UHGV virus genome: UHGV-1373362
Source: a virus
Direction: 5' to 3' (one strand)
DNA length: 64,000 nt
A program made the translations under genes and the position numbers. A model generated the notes under the pieces. It saw nothing but the letters and a program-made list of their open reading frames with translations, ran no database searches and had not been told where the DNA came from. Below are positions 21,401-30,729 of the stretch, piece after piece (position 1 is the first letter of the stretch; each line of letters opens with the position of its first letter).

Positions 21401-24400
21401 ACTTTTAAAGTTGGATTATTTTGTCCAGCTAAAGATAATATCTTCAGTCCAGGACAGTTATCTATAGTTATCTGAGTTAGGTTACTAATGGAATTATTAA
21501 CAGAAGTATATGGAAGTGTTATGCTTTCCATTCCCTCACAGTTCTTAATAATTACAGTCTTAACACTACTTGGAATGTCTAATGTCTTTAAAGCAGGACA
21601 ATTGTTTATCTCAATATAAGTAAGCTTATTACAATCAGTTATATCTACTGTTGATAAGAATGACTGGTTAGATAACCTTAATTCAGTTACCTGAGTTCCA
21701 GCTAGCCTATAAACTTTTAATACTGCAGAATCTGGCAGAGTTACCTTAGTTATAGATGACTTAGATATATCAAGCTCTTGAATTTTTTTACACCCACTTA
21801 GATCTAATGTATAGGCAGAAGCTGTGGATCCAATTAACGTAACATTGCTAAGATCCAGCACCCTAATATTTTTTAATCCTATATTAGTAGAAGTGTTATA
21901 AACCCCACTTTGGAAGAAGTATGAAGCATCAATATTCTTTAAACCACTAAGATCTAAGTTTTGAATTAATGGTAGATTTATATTATCTAAACCTGTCCAA
22001 GGGTAACTCTTAAACTTAGTAAAGTCTGTAATATATTTGTTTGCATATACATACACAATAGTTTCACCCGTGGGCATTGGTAATATTACTGATGAAGGTG
22101 TTTCATCAATCCAAAATGCACCAGATGTCTTATCGTGGGAATATCTATATAATACTCTACTATCCCCTGTTATATCTGTGCCAAATCTTACAGCTGTTGT
22201 TGAACCAGTAGCCTTATTAGAGGCCCATAGTCCTGTAATAGGGGATTCTATAGTAGTTGGTAATAGACTTTGTCCATCTTTGTATCCGTACACACCATCT
22301 AAGAATAATACTCTTTTCTTGAACCAATCCTTAACATGCATCACACGATTACCATGTAAGAACTTTAGTTGGCTGAAGTCAGTACTATCTTGATATTCCC
22401 CTGTATTAGGATCATATGTTTTAGATATAGCAAGATATTTAATCTTGTAGTCATAATTAAACATAATAGATCCTGTTTTCTCAGTATATGACTGATAGTA
22501 ATCTTTAATAAACTTCTCTGGATCTGGGAATAGGTTAGTTCTTAGATTTACATATAATGACTCTAAGCTAGTTCTACTCTCAGTACTACCACTATCCATT
22601 CCGGCTAAATTCTCCAATACCTCCCAAATCCTATTCCACCAAGAAGCAAAATATTGTTTGTACATATCACTAGATACATAGTTCTTCTCTTGAGTGTATT
22701 GAGTTATACCTGTATCCTGTGCAGAGATATTATACCATCTATGCAAGTGTGCCCAATATTCTACAATATCCTGTCCAGCATTATTTAGGCCAAATGCGGT
22801 ATCCATATCATAGAAACAGCAATACCATACATCAGTACCCCAGCTTCTAATAGTTAAGTTCTTACACATGGAGTCTACACAACCAAATAGCAATGCTATT
22901 ATGAAGTATGCACAGGCATTATCCCAGTTAAGATGTTGGTCACATGCATTGAAATTATAATAAGCATTCTTATCCAAATCATAAAACTCCCCTTCAATAG
23001 GTTTCGTGGGGGTTTGGCCAGCATCATCCATTGTGTACTTTTGGATTCTGGTAAGAGCCATATTAGCCATTTGGGTATAGAATTTCTGCACCTGGTTATA
23101 GGCTGTAGCTTCATCCCTAGATGTATACATCACATCTCCCATAAACTGCACAATCTTCATATCATCTTGCTGGAATGCTCCTTGTGCAGATGAGTTCTGG
23201 TTTATTTCAACAGAATATGTTCCATTAGATAATCCCGTATTCCATTGCTCTACTTTCTCTGTATATTCAGTAACAATGGTAGGGCCATCTTGATTTACTT
23301 TTACATAATCAATAAGTAACTTTAATCCTAGGTTAAAGTATGCGTACCTACCTAAATTGAAATTATAAATACCACAGAATTTAGGCTGTTTAATAGTTCC
23401 ATCAGCATCAGGTGCATATCTAATAAACAGAAGAACTGGAAAACCTTCAGAGGTATGTTTGATTTTACCTCTAATTGCATTAGCTTTATCAGCATCTCCT
23501 CCCCAAACATCATTACCCAGTGACATAGGTGGGGTTGCACTAAATGGAGTAATAGACTGCCCACTACTATTAGTAGCTAACCCATTCACTATTTGACCAA
23601 TAACAACATTATTAACATGGGCGCTGTCAACCACATCGGCTTTTAATGTAAACTCATTTTCTGGCAGCCAATCGTCTTTAGGTTGGAATAACATGTTTTT
23701 ACCAGTTTGGTCAACATGTCCCATATAAATTTCATAGTTCTTAGCGTTATATGACAAAGAAGATGTACCTTGTAGACCAATACTCACTCCGTTATTCTCA
23801 GACACACCACTAGGAGTTGTAATAACTACCTTACCTTTACTGTCCTGATAAGTAATCTTTACGGGAAATTTCTTACCCATTACTTCTATTTTATCAGAAG
23901 CAGAGAATATAGCGGTTGAATAGGGTTCAAATAGTGTTGGACTATTAGATGTTTCTTCAACTAGTACAATAGGATATGGAGTATTAACCTCCATCTGTTC
24001 TACTAATTTGGAATATAGTTGTTCTCCAGAAAGAAATCCTCCCTTACCGCCATCTATTGTTTTATCCCATATAAGGCAATTGCCTGCATTATCAAATAAG
24101 TTCTTGGTTCTTAGCTCTGCATCTAAGGATGCATCTATACTTCCCCTAATAAGTCTGGCTTGTTCAGTTGCAGATATGTAATTTTGCACAATAGCATATT
24201 CACTCTGTGATGAAGTATATATCTTAAAATCATAGATATATACGTCCGAGAAGTTGCTTCTTTCTCCATTGTTATTCCTGCATCCTAAGTAGAAGTCAGT
24301 GCCAAACATCCAATCAATATCTGACTGAAGTACTCTACTTACAGCTGATAATACACCATTTACATAGATTTTGAAATACCATCCTGTTTTGTCCAACAAT

Positions 24401-26199
24401 GATACATCTAGGTCTACAGTTAATAATTCATTTTGAGGTAATTTTACCGTCAATGTATCGGCTGAGCCTATTTTACATACAGCCTTCTCCAATGTAACTT
24501 CATATCCAGTTCTAAGTTCACCATTTTCATATGCGCCTATACCCATTACTACCTCATTAGGATCAGAGGAAGTATCAGCTTTATACGTACAAGATATGTG
24601 AAATCCTAATGGTTGGAAAAATGAAACACCTGCACCAATATCAACAGCGGGGAACATTTGCTCTGCTACTTCGAGATAACCATATGATTCTCCACTTAAC
24701 CTTATGGCTGGAATACTATTTATACCATCACTATCTACCAAGAAACCACTAGTTTTACCATTAACACCCTGTAATGTAAGGTTAACCCCATTAGGGAATT
24801 TAGATGCAAATGCACCCTCATAAATGAACTCTCCACTAGTTTTTAATGGGTAATTCCAAGTTCCAGTTGCAGTATTAGGAAATCCAGAGATTTTGCTAAA
24901 ATATGCAAGTAAGGTATGCATGTCATTATTGGCATACATATTTTTACTAACACTTTCTACTATCCTACAGGTAACAGTCTTCGTGTATTGGGCAGATGTA
25001 TCTCCTGGGTCATTAACAGCATATCCAAATAATGTAATTTTTAGATACTCCCCAGGATTATTAACTCCCAAATTTACAGTACTATAGACAAACCTATTAG
25101 TTTCTGCTTTAGTTATATTCTTGATAGATCCAGTGTCTAATAATGATATTTCACTACTCCCATTCATCAAATGGATCTTATAATCCATATTAAATGTAGA
25201 GTACTTAGTTAATCCATAACTAAAGTAATAATTAAATCCTAATTGGGATCCTTGCCCATATTGCGTAAGATCATCAATGGTTTCCCCGGGAGTTTCCGAT
25301 GGAATAAACTCAGTAATATCTTCAGTTACGATAACTAAATTATTACTATCCGCTACAGTAATATCAAACTTTATTTGACCAGAGGATAATATTTCTCCGT
25401 TAAGTGTAGTACTCGCCTGGGCAACAAAATAAAATCTTTGCCCAGCTTTTGGGTTAAAATGTTCACTTTCAAACAATAGTTTACGAGCATCTAAATTGAT
25501 AGCACGTATAGCTGTGGTAATATTTTCCACTCTGGATACTTCTATACCATTGATTGTCATCCAGAATGTAGCAGGACTTTGCAGGATATTATTAGTAACT
25601 GTAAAGTTCAAAGGAACTTCTGAGATACCTCCCATATAAATAGTCTTATTTGGGATAGTCTGTATATCCAAGGATATAGCTCCAGCCACTATCTTTACAT
25701 ATACCGGAACAGTATATGTGTTATCTGCATCATATGCAGTTAATTCAATATCGGTAGTTCCAGTTAATCCTGATAGTGTAATATCAGTTCTGCTCATGGA
25801 ATACTTCTTCCATGTACCAATTGTTTTATTTGTAGATAAATCTTTAGCAACTACAGTAAATGACTTTTTAATACCACCACTTTTAATAGTAATATTAAGT
25901 GTTACTGAACTAGTGGCAGTATATACTGTTGTTCCTTCTGCAACTTCAATAGTGTACTCTCCAGTACCTCCACCTTCTCCTCCACCACCTCCACCTTTGG
26001 CTCCATTTATATAAATCCAGGCAAGGTTCTGTTCTAGTTTAGTCATTCTATTATCTAGTTTAGTAAATCCATTATTAATAGATATTGACTCCCCAGCTTC
26101 ATTTAAGAAGCCAGGGTTAGTCAATTCCAATTCAGAAGCATTAGAAGCACCATGTATCACCCACCTACCAGAGGCTTGGTCATAATGTTTAGTTTTCAT
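18445..26199 (-). CDS. Giant virion protein, 2584 aa, with leucine-rich repeats: classical LRRs in the middle and BspA-type (LRR_5-like) FxxCxxL repeats in the C-terminal half.
   Basis: An uninterrupted 7.75-kb ORF. LDLSNVTL/LDLSGCKKIQELDISKSSITKVTLP-type repeats are encoded at about 21250-21900. Repeated FKNCxxL, MFxGCxxL and FRNCxLL motifs are encoded at about 18600-21050. A G(5-6)EGGG linker lies near the N-terminus. Confidence 0.75.
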   Translation of the reverse strand: MKTKHYDQASGRWVIHGASNASELELTNPGFLNEAGESISINNGFTKLDNRMTKLEQNLAWIYINGAKGGGGGGEGGGTGEYTIEVAEGTTVYTATSSVTLNITIKSGGIKKSFTVVAKDLSTNKTIGTWKKYSMSRTDITLSGLTGTTDIELTAYDADNTYTVPVYVKIVAGAISLDIQTIPNKTIYMGGISEVPLNFTVTNNILQSPATFWMTINGIEVSRVENITTAIRAINLDARKLLFESEHFNPKAGQRFYFVAQASTTLNGEILSSGQIKFDITVADSNNLVIVTEDITEFIPSETPGETIDDLTQYGQGSQLGFNYYFSYGLTKYSTFNMDYKIHLMNGSSEISLLDTGSIKNITKAETNRFVYSTVNLGVNNPGEYLKITLFGYAVNDPGDTSAQYTKTVTCRIVESVSKNMYANNDMHTLLAYFSKISGFPNTATGTWNYPLKTSGEFIYEGAFASKFPNGVNLTLQGVNGKTSGFLVDSDGINSIPAIRLSGESYGYLEVAEQMFPAVDIGAGVSFFQPLGFHISCTYKADTSSDPNEVVMGIGAYENGELRTGYEVTLEKAVCKIGSADTLTVKLPQNELLTVDLDVSLLDKTGWYFKIYVNGVLSAVSRVLQSDIDWMFGTDFYLGCRNNNGERSNFSDVYIYDFKIYTSSQSEYAIVQNYISATEQARLIRGSIDASLDAELRTKNLFDNAGNCLIWDKTIDGGKGGFLSGEQLYSKLVEQMEVNTPYPIVLVEETSNSPTLFEPYSTAIFSASDKIEVMGKKFPVKITYQDSKGKVVITTPSGVSENNGVSIGLQGTSSLSYNAKNYEIYMGHVDQTGKNMLFQPKDDWLPENEFTLKADVVDSAHVNNVVIGQIVNGLATNSSGQSITPFSATPPMSLGNDVWGGDADKANAIRGKIKHTSEGFPVLLFIRYAPDADGTIKQPKFCGIYNFNLGRYAYFNLGLKLLIDYVKVNQDGPTIVTEYTEKVEQWNTGLSNGTYSVEINQNSSAQGAFQQDDMKIVQFMGDVMYTSRDEATAYNQVQKFYTQMANMALTRIQKYTMDDAGQTPTKPIEGEFYDLDKNAYYNFNACDQHLNWDNACAYFIIALLFGCVDSMCKNLTIRSWGTDVWYCCFYDMDTAFGLNNAGQDIVEYWAHLHRWYNISAQDTGITQYTQEKNYVSSDMYKQYFASWWNRIWEVLENLAGMDSGSTESRTSLESLYVNLRTNLFPDPEKFIKDYYQSYTEKTGSIMFNYDYKIKYLAISKTYDPNTGEYQDSTDFSQLKFLHGNRVMHVKDWFKKRVLFLDGVYGYKDGQSLLPTTIESPITGLWASNKATGSTTAVRFGTDITGDSRVLYRYSHDKTSGAFWIDETPSSVILPMPTGETIVYVYANKYITDFTKFKSYPWTGLDNINLPLIQNLDLSGLKNIDASYFFQSGVYNTSTNIGLKNIRVLDLSNVTLIGSTASAYTLDLSGCKKIQELDISKSSITKVTLPDSAVLKVYRLAGTQVTELRLSNQSFLSTVDITDCNKLTYIEINNCPALKTLDIPSSVKTVIIKNCEGMESITLPYTSVNNSISNLTQITIDNCPGLKILSLAGQNNPTLKVELTGAWNLESLDIGGIATTDIVLPALYVNGQPNFYSLKSLIISRTNITSLKYNDRSDDYLNLTAFPDLEYIDANSCPALVEVRCKNDKNNPIELPTGAFKNCASLTRVKGYFNIQGGEVFRGNAMFVLNDNDTYLKHGTDTFLEGDNVTNIKFDDNLIDTYFMFEGCSSLQYNDFKYVMTRLTNSLTSIEGMFKGCSLITGDLWYDMFRPCPNVSIIKEAFSSTTLTGIFFSRKSNYSPDDDSTWGILDFLPKLSDAEAAFESAAIEWIDNNVFAPIVYNGQTIYSPIAKVDYIFRNCSLLESCEDTRAETIFPGMLDSKTFFINLRNLISIYPKGVFTGCSKIRMQVTNEGTNTFLFHTINKPAQAMVLSNTLYSGVKLVGKLGPNVFGGISQTISSNGTTYYIPTFTSIQYPFEESSGELTVNLSEMGDVFQGIASTLRQAIGIFVGVKPADEIGAHKIPANIFRNCRLLNSIESFFANMPINNDNQAYQFPPTYQDDGITKGMFDDCVSLATTKRMFGGCNNLKLKLVGEGFKNCALADVSNMFENSGVFGGIPYRLFFMHRENDGVKTISRTITNISEVFKGCWCLGYDEIRTISVGETLVPDMTWTTWDDHIVSAPGGQVTYKLDVSNMKKSYNYDRNEDSSSEDYNPGEQAFDVWYLDGYGWEGATSSESGLDEVKARLTEKYFKYDAQQKASIGAQGLDLSEPGHQNYAIPTDYFRYCSPRCTLENALTDLFYYENIKEFDPATGQYSIVTTENVQGLVGRIPCKLFESLVDNTALNGVFKGTRFCAFVNLNGQTRTRGIKYPPDLFKYNKALEDISQMFSETIIEVGVDINSDLFKNNANLKLVSELWSNCTFDNREYKADGVETSYPQINFSEIFKNNTKITKASGMFSVGASYNWYIPTGLLLVEKSLLLTCYNINDISNMFYYCKDMMGEVPEFPSSSYQILNVVSGYLSGCTKSNITNVDNLETRLLPAEWL

Positions 26200-29100
26200 T
26201 GCAACGTCTTCTCAATTACTATGTTATTATTAGGGTTGGTTGATCCATTACCCCCAACCTTCTTTAAATCTGTATATGCTATAGGTACATTATATTTATA
26301 AGCCCAAACTTTAGAATCTGATTTTAGCTGTAACTTATAAGATTTACCTAATATTCTTTCTCTGGTACCACTACTAGTCATTTCTGGATTCTCAACTTCA
26401 TTTCCTTTACCTACATTCCATATAATATAATTAGGGTATTGCTGAGCACTATTAACCTTTACTGTAGCAGTATTAGTAGTATTATTTTCTATCTGACTAG
26501 ATACAGGGTAATATTCTAGTAACCATGGGATATTCTTAGCTGGTAACTCTTTGTTAGAAGTTAATTTATATCCAGTAGCTTGACACATTACATACCTGAT
26601 ATAATTCTGAGAAGCATCAGCAGATATTTGAACACACTGTCTTTCTCTATCGGGTAAACTAGTGTACCATGTTGGAGATAGAGATGGATCATATACTATA
26701 GGTTCCATAGTTCTATCTGGATTGTCTCTGATATATCTAGAATTAGCATATGTGTGTTTGTGCCCACATAAGCATAATTTAAAGTTATTATCCTGCATCC
26801 ATTGGCTAAACCAGTAGTTACCTACTGTATTTAAATGACTACCACCCCTCTTTACGTTTAGGTCTTTATCATAAGACCCAGCTTCGTTCTTTTTTAGATA
26901 GCTCATTATTAAATCAGCAGTAATAATTGTAAATGGGGCTTCATGACAAAATGCTACCTTCCAACTAATTTTACTATCACCAGCATGTTTTGCTAAATCA
27001 TTAGTACACCAGTCTTTTATATCATTATAAACATTGATTCCAGTAACATCACCAAAGATCTCAGTCCTTGCTAATTCAGTAATTTCTGAGTTTACAGACA
27101 AGAAATAGGTATTACCATATACAAAACTATAACAGCAAGGTATGTACACTCCAGCAGACGAAATGGGTACTGTATAAGGATGTTCAAAGGTAAAGAAAAA
27201 TTCTACATTCACTGGATTAGTTTTACTAATATCCTCCCCATCTCCTAGCACATACACATCTACAGGACATAGATCGTTATTTCCAACAGTAAACATCTGT
27301 TCAGTGTCTTTGTAAATAGCCTCTCCCCCTTTATAATAGTCAATCCACTCATTAAACCTATTACCATTTTGAGTCTGATCTCCAGTATTCATACAGAAAT
27401 GATATGGGTTTTCTGTCTTATCAGAATTTATATATTCAGCACAAATTCTCCACATCTCATATTCCTCTCCATTGAATCCCTGCTGATCACTAACTTGTAA
27501 GAAATTAAACCCACTCTCAATTACCTTATCTCTATTTCTAAGGGTGAATTTCTTAATATCAGTCCAATTTCCCTCTCTACCAACCTGATATTCCCATACT
27601 TCTGTATCAGATGGCTCGGTGAAATCTTTGATGAACTTGTGTACAGTAAATGGAGTTCCATCCGTAGTAATGGATCTTATCCTATCATATATAGGATTGT
27701 TCCAGTTTTTATCTGAGGTTCTTCCATCACCTTTCTTAAATGATTCATATGTGGTCCAATCACTAGTTCCCTGTTTTCTCATTCGGATAAATTCATCATA
27801 ATATCCAGCTGAAATCCAATTAAAGCACCTGGTCTTATGGGCGTCATGTCCAAATGTACAAGTAACTATATTAGGAACTCCTTCAGTTAATAAATCCTTG
27901 TTGAAGAATATAGTTTTATTTTGTGAAGAGTTCTTTGGTGTGTAATCTTCTATTCTAATAGCTGAATTAATTCTATCTAGATTTATATAAGTCCAGTCTT
28001 TATTATTATTTCTAGCACTAAGAGCTTTGGTGGCCTGTTTAACAGGATCCATGTTGTAATACCTCATTAACAGTACATTAGCTCCTCTGTTAGCTATAGG
28101 ACTTGACTCACAAGGCATTGATTTATCATTATAGTTACCTATTCCAACTAAATCTACATACCACTTAATAACTCCATTAGATGTCCAGGGGGCAGTTGTA
28201 GTTAATATGTTACTCTCAAAGTATCCTGTGGTTTCCTCACTACTAATATAAAAAGCACAGTCGTAACTAAACTTAATCAATTCGTCAGAAGACCATATGC
28301 TATGAGGCTGGATTCCAGCACCTTCATCCCCAGCTATTTCAAGCCTTGTATTATTAAGAGTTGCGTTCTTAGTCCAATACATATCAGGCTCACCAACCTT
28401 GATTAGTGTAGTATTAATATTCTCTACTGAACATTGAGCACCCTTAATCAGAAATGTTCCTTGAGATTTAAGGATACCAGTTAGGGGTAGGGTAACCCAA
28501 TCTCCACTGTTTCTTTCAGTGTAGTGTAAGAATAATCCCTTCAAGTTTAGATCCTTCTTACCTAAATTACACAGTTCTACGAAGTTGTGTGATACTGGAT
28601 TGTAATCTTTGCTCCCGGCTTCCCCCCCACAATAAACCATATTTACATAAATCTTAGGGGAATCCTTAGATCCAACTTCTTCTGGAATGATTGGGAAATA
28701 TGGTGTTGTATAATAAATTCCAGTTCCTGTAGTTTGTGCATTGCCAGCTAATGTATTCTTATCTAATCTATAGTCGTGTATATCTAATTTACCGTCCTTA
28801 ACTTGAATTAGGAAGGTATTTTCTTTGTTAGCCATATCAGCAAATTCAATACCAATAATTTTAGTTTTTGCTGAGCTACCACTTCCAATGACTTCAGTTA
28901 ATATTCCTTCCACTATTTCTGGGTCTGGTCCAGGTCCTGGATCTTCTCCACCACCCGTGCTACCTATTTTAATGAGTTTACTTGTCTTGGGATCTTTAAT
29001 GTATAGAGCTTGTATATCATAACACCACAATAATTCTTTTGGCATGAAGTCTGCCTTATTTTTCTGCATTTCTTCATATGTACCACTTTTAATACATATA

Positions 29101-29855
29101 TGCTTAGCATTAGGCAAGTAATCCCCATACTCTGTTGGTTCTGGTGAATCTGATAATACTATATCTTTGTTAGCTGCTTGTTGTTCATTATCCTCCTCTT
29201 CAGATGTTCCGTAATCGGGTTCTAATTGTTCATGTCCATCGTAGGCATAGAATTGGTTATTAGTGAAATCACCTGAATCAATTTGATTGTTAAATGCAAA
29301 TTCTAAGCGATTTACCTTTTCTTGCAGTACATGAATTATTTGTAATAGTTCCTGTATTACGGTACTACTAGTTAGATGCTCTTTGTTTTCTGATGTGTCA
29401 ATCCAAATACCTCCTTTGTCTTCTGGGGGAGTGTCCTGTATGTAAATTTTGGAGAATGAATCCCAGGTAAATCCGTTGTAGAATCTTAACTCATTAAGTT
29501 CGTTTACAAACACTATTTGTCCCTTAATTCTTAAAGACTCATTATCCAGCAATTCTTGTAGAGTTTCAACAACTACTAAGGACATTCCTCCGCCACCTTC
29601 TCCCCCTCCACCACCTTGAACCTTCCATACATTCCAAACTCCGTTATAGAATTGATACATATGATTTTCATCAGGAGAGTTCTTTACATAACATAGCATT
29701 CCTTCCTTTAATTTATTAGTGCTAAGGAATGCTTCCATTTCACTCACATTGGTAACTTGAATGTAGCCACCTCTAAGATCATTAACATCAGCTAACGCAA
29801 AATTTGAATTATTCTTAGGTCTTAGTTGGCCAATTACTTCTATATATTCGTTCAT
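26196..29855 (-). CDS. Large virion protein, 1219 aa, with a Gly-rich linker near the N-terminus.
   Basis: A 3.66-kb ORF containing a GGGGGEGGGG stretch like the downstream giant protein, and a second GGGEDPGPGPDPE linker. Confidence 0.7.
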   Translation of the reverse strand: MNEYIEVIGQLRPKNNSNFALADVNDLRGGYIQVTNVSEMEAFLSTNKLKEGMLCYVKNSPDENHMYQFYNGVWNVWKVQGGGGGEGGGGMSLVVVETLQELLDNESLRIKGQIVFVNELNELRFYNGFTWDSFSKIYIQDTPPEDKGGIWIDTSENKEHLTSSTVIQELLQIIHVLQEKVNRLEFAFNNQIDSGDFTNNQFYAYDGHEQLEPDYGTSEEEDNEQQAANKDIVLSDSPEPTEYGDYLPNAKHICIKSGTYEEMQKNKADFMPKELLWCYDIQALYIKDPKTSKLIKIGSTGGGEDPGPGPDPEIVEGILTEVIGSGSSAKTKIIGIEFADMANKENTFLIQVKDGKLDIHDYRLDKNTLAGNAQTTGTGIYYTTPYFPIIPEEVGSKDSPKIYVNMVYCGGEAGSKDYNPVSHNFVELCNLGKKDLNLKGLFLHYTERNSGDWVTLPLTGILKSQGTFLIKGAQCSVENINTTLIKVGEPDMYWTKNATLNNTRLEIAGDEGAGIQPHSIWSSDELIKFSYDCAFYISSEETTGYFESNILTTTAPWTSNGVIKWYVDLVGIGNYNDKSMPCESSPIANRGANVLLMRYYNMDPVKQATKALSARNNNKDWTYINLDRINSAIRIEDYTPKNSSQNKTIFFNKDLLTEGVPNIVTCTFGHDAHKTRCFNWISAGYYDEFIRMRKQGTSDWTTYESFKKGDGRTSDKNWNNPIYDRIRSITTDGTPFTVHKFIKDFTEPSDTEVWEYQVGREGNWTDIKKFTLRNRDKVIESGFNFLQVSDQQGFNGEEYEMWRICAEYINSDKTENPYHFCMNTGDQTQNGNRFNEWIDYYKGGEAIYKDTEQMFTVGNNDLCPVDVYVLGDGEDISKTNPVNVEFFFTFEHPYTVPISSAGVYIPCCYSFVYGNTYFLSVNSEITELARTEIFGDVTGINVYNDIKDWCTNDLAKHAGDSKISWKVAFCHEAPFTIITADLIMSYLKKNEAGSYDKDLNVKRGGSHLNTVGNYWFSQWMQDNNFKLCLCGHKHTYANSRYIRDNPDRTMEPIVYDPSLSPTWYTSLPDRERQCVQISADASQNYIRYVMCQATGYKLTSNKELPAKNIPWLLEYYPVSSQIENNTTNTATVKVNSAQQYPNYIIWNVGKGNEVENPEMTSSGTRERILGKSYKLQLKSDSKVWAYKYNVPIAYTDLKKVGGNGSTNPNNNIVIEKTLQ

Positions 29856-29861
29856 GCTGAT

Positions 29862-29894
29862 AAAAATAAAGGGCTATGTTATTCACACAGCCCT
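29862..29894 (-). terminator. Rho-independent terminator read on the minus strand.
   Basis: The hairpin gggctatgt-tattc-acacagccc (29871-29893, 8 of 9 bp paired) is followed on the minus strand by TTTATTTTTATC. It lies between the stop of 29906-30358 and the start of 26196-29855. Confidence 0.6.
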
Positions 29895-29905
29895 CGTTTA
29901 CTATA

Positions 29906-30358
29906 TTATGCTACGAATAAGCTATATAGAACCTCTAAGAAGTCAGGAGCACTAAGCTTTACTCCGTTGATCTCCACGTCATTACCTGCATTGACTTCTA
30001 CGATTTCGTTGAATTCATCCTCAGTAAACGTTGCTTCAACTGATACTTCCTCTTTACCCCTCTTATCCACGTAAGCATTGTACTCACTATTGATTTTATC
30101 GTTCCAAGTGCTAATTTGATCCTCATCTTCTTTAGTCTTGGATTCCTTCTGTAATAGATCAGAGTAACCTTCAGGAGTAAGTCCTTTTAAAAGTTCTTGT
30201 AAATCAGTCTCAAATTGCTTACGGATCTTACCCATTTCAATACGAATACTCATAATCTTAACCTTTAAGTCTTTACTTAGTTCACTATTACCATTGCTAA
30301 GTAAAATCTTAACAATAAAATTGTGCTTAGCCATTAATTCATTAAGTGTCATTGTCAT
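29906..30358 (-). CDS. Hypothetical protein, 150 aa.
   Basis: An ORF followed by a terminator. Confidence 0.5.
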   Translation of the reverse strand: MTMTLNELMAKHNFIVKILLSNGNSELSKDLKVKIMSIRIEMGKIRKQFETDLQELLKGLTPEGYSDLLQKESKTKEDEDQISTWNDKINSEYNAYVDKRGKEEVSVEATFTEDEFNEIVEVNAGNDVEINGVKLSAPDFLEVLYSLFVA

Positions 30359-30366
30359 TTATCAAT

Positions 30367-30654
30367 TTAAATTTCTGTTGTTTCAATCTCACCTAAAGTA
30401 GCATCAAACAGGTTACTAGCTGTTTCAAATAAATCTGATGGTATCTCTCCAATTGATTTACTTACTCTTCCGTCAGATGTTTCTGAGTAATTAAAATTAC
30501 CAATATACTCAACTGGATCTACCCTGTAAAATGATCCACTAAATCCAGAAATCTTTTTCAATTGTGATGATACTAATTCACCCTCTAGCTTAATTGTAGA
30601 TGTACTATTACTTACAGTACATAAACTTCTTTTGTTAGTAATTTCTATTGCCAT
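30367..30654 (-). CDS. Hypothetical protein, 95 aa.
   Basis: An ORF with an ATG at 30654-30652, 16 nt downstream of the conserved TTATTTAACTTTGC promoter motif. Confidence 0.5.
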   Translation of the reverse strand: MAIEITNKRSLCTVSNSTSTIKLEGELVSSQLKKISGFSGSFYRVDPVEYIGNFNYSETSDGRVSKSIGEIPSDLFETASNLFDATLGEIETTEI

Positions 30655-30670
30655 AAATATTTATTTTGAA

Positions 30671-30678
30671 GCAAAGTT
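30671..30678 (-). promoter_or_regulatory. Bacteroidetes-type -7 promoter element, TAACTTTG on the minus strand.
   Basis: The 14-mer TTATTTAACTTTGC is the same one found at 11619-11632. Confidence 0.4.
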
Positions 30679-30729
30679 AAATAATAATATCTTGTAATCC
30701 AAGTCAATTATATTAAAATTTCTTATCCC

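Noticed and set aside
25718-26014. A plus-strand ORF of 98 aa ending in a PPSPPPPPPPLAP proline run.
   Set aside because: It is the antisense shadow of the Gly-rich GGGGGGEGGG hinge in the 2584-aa minus-strand gene and has no independent support.
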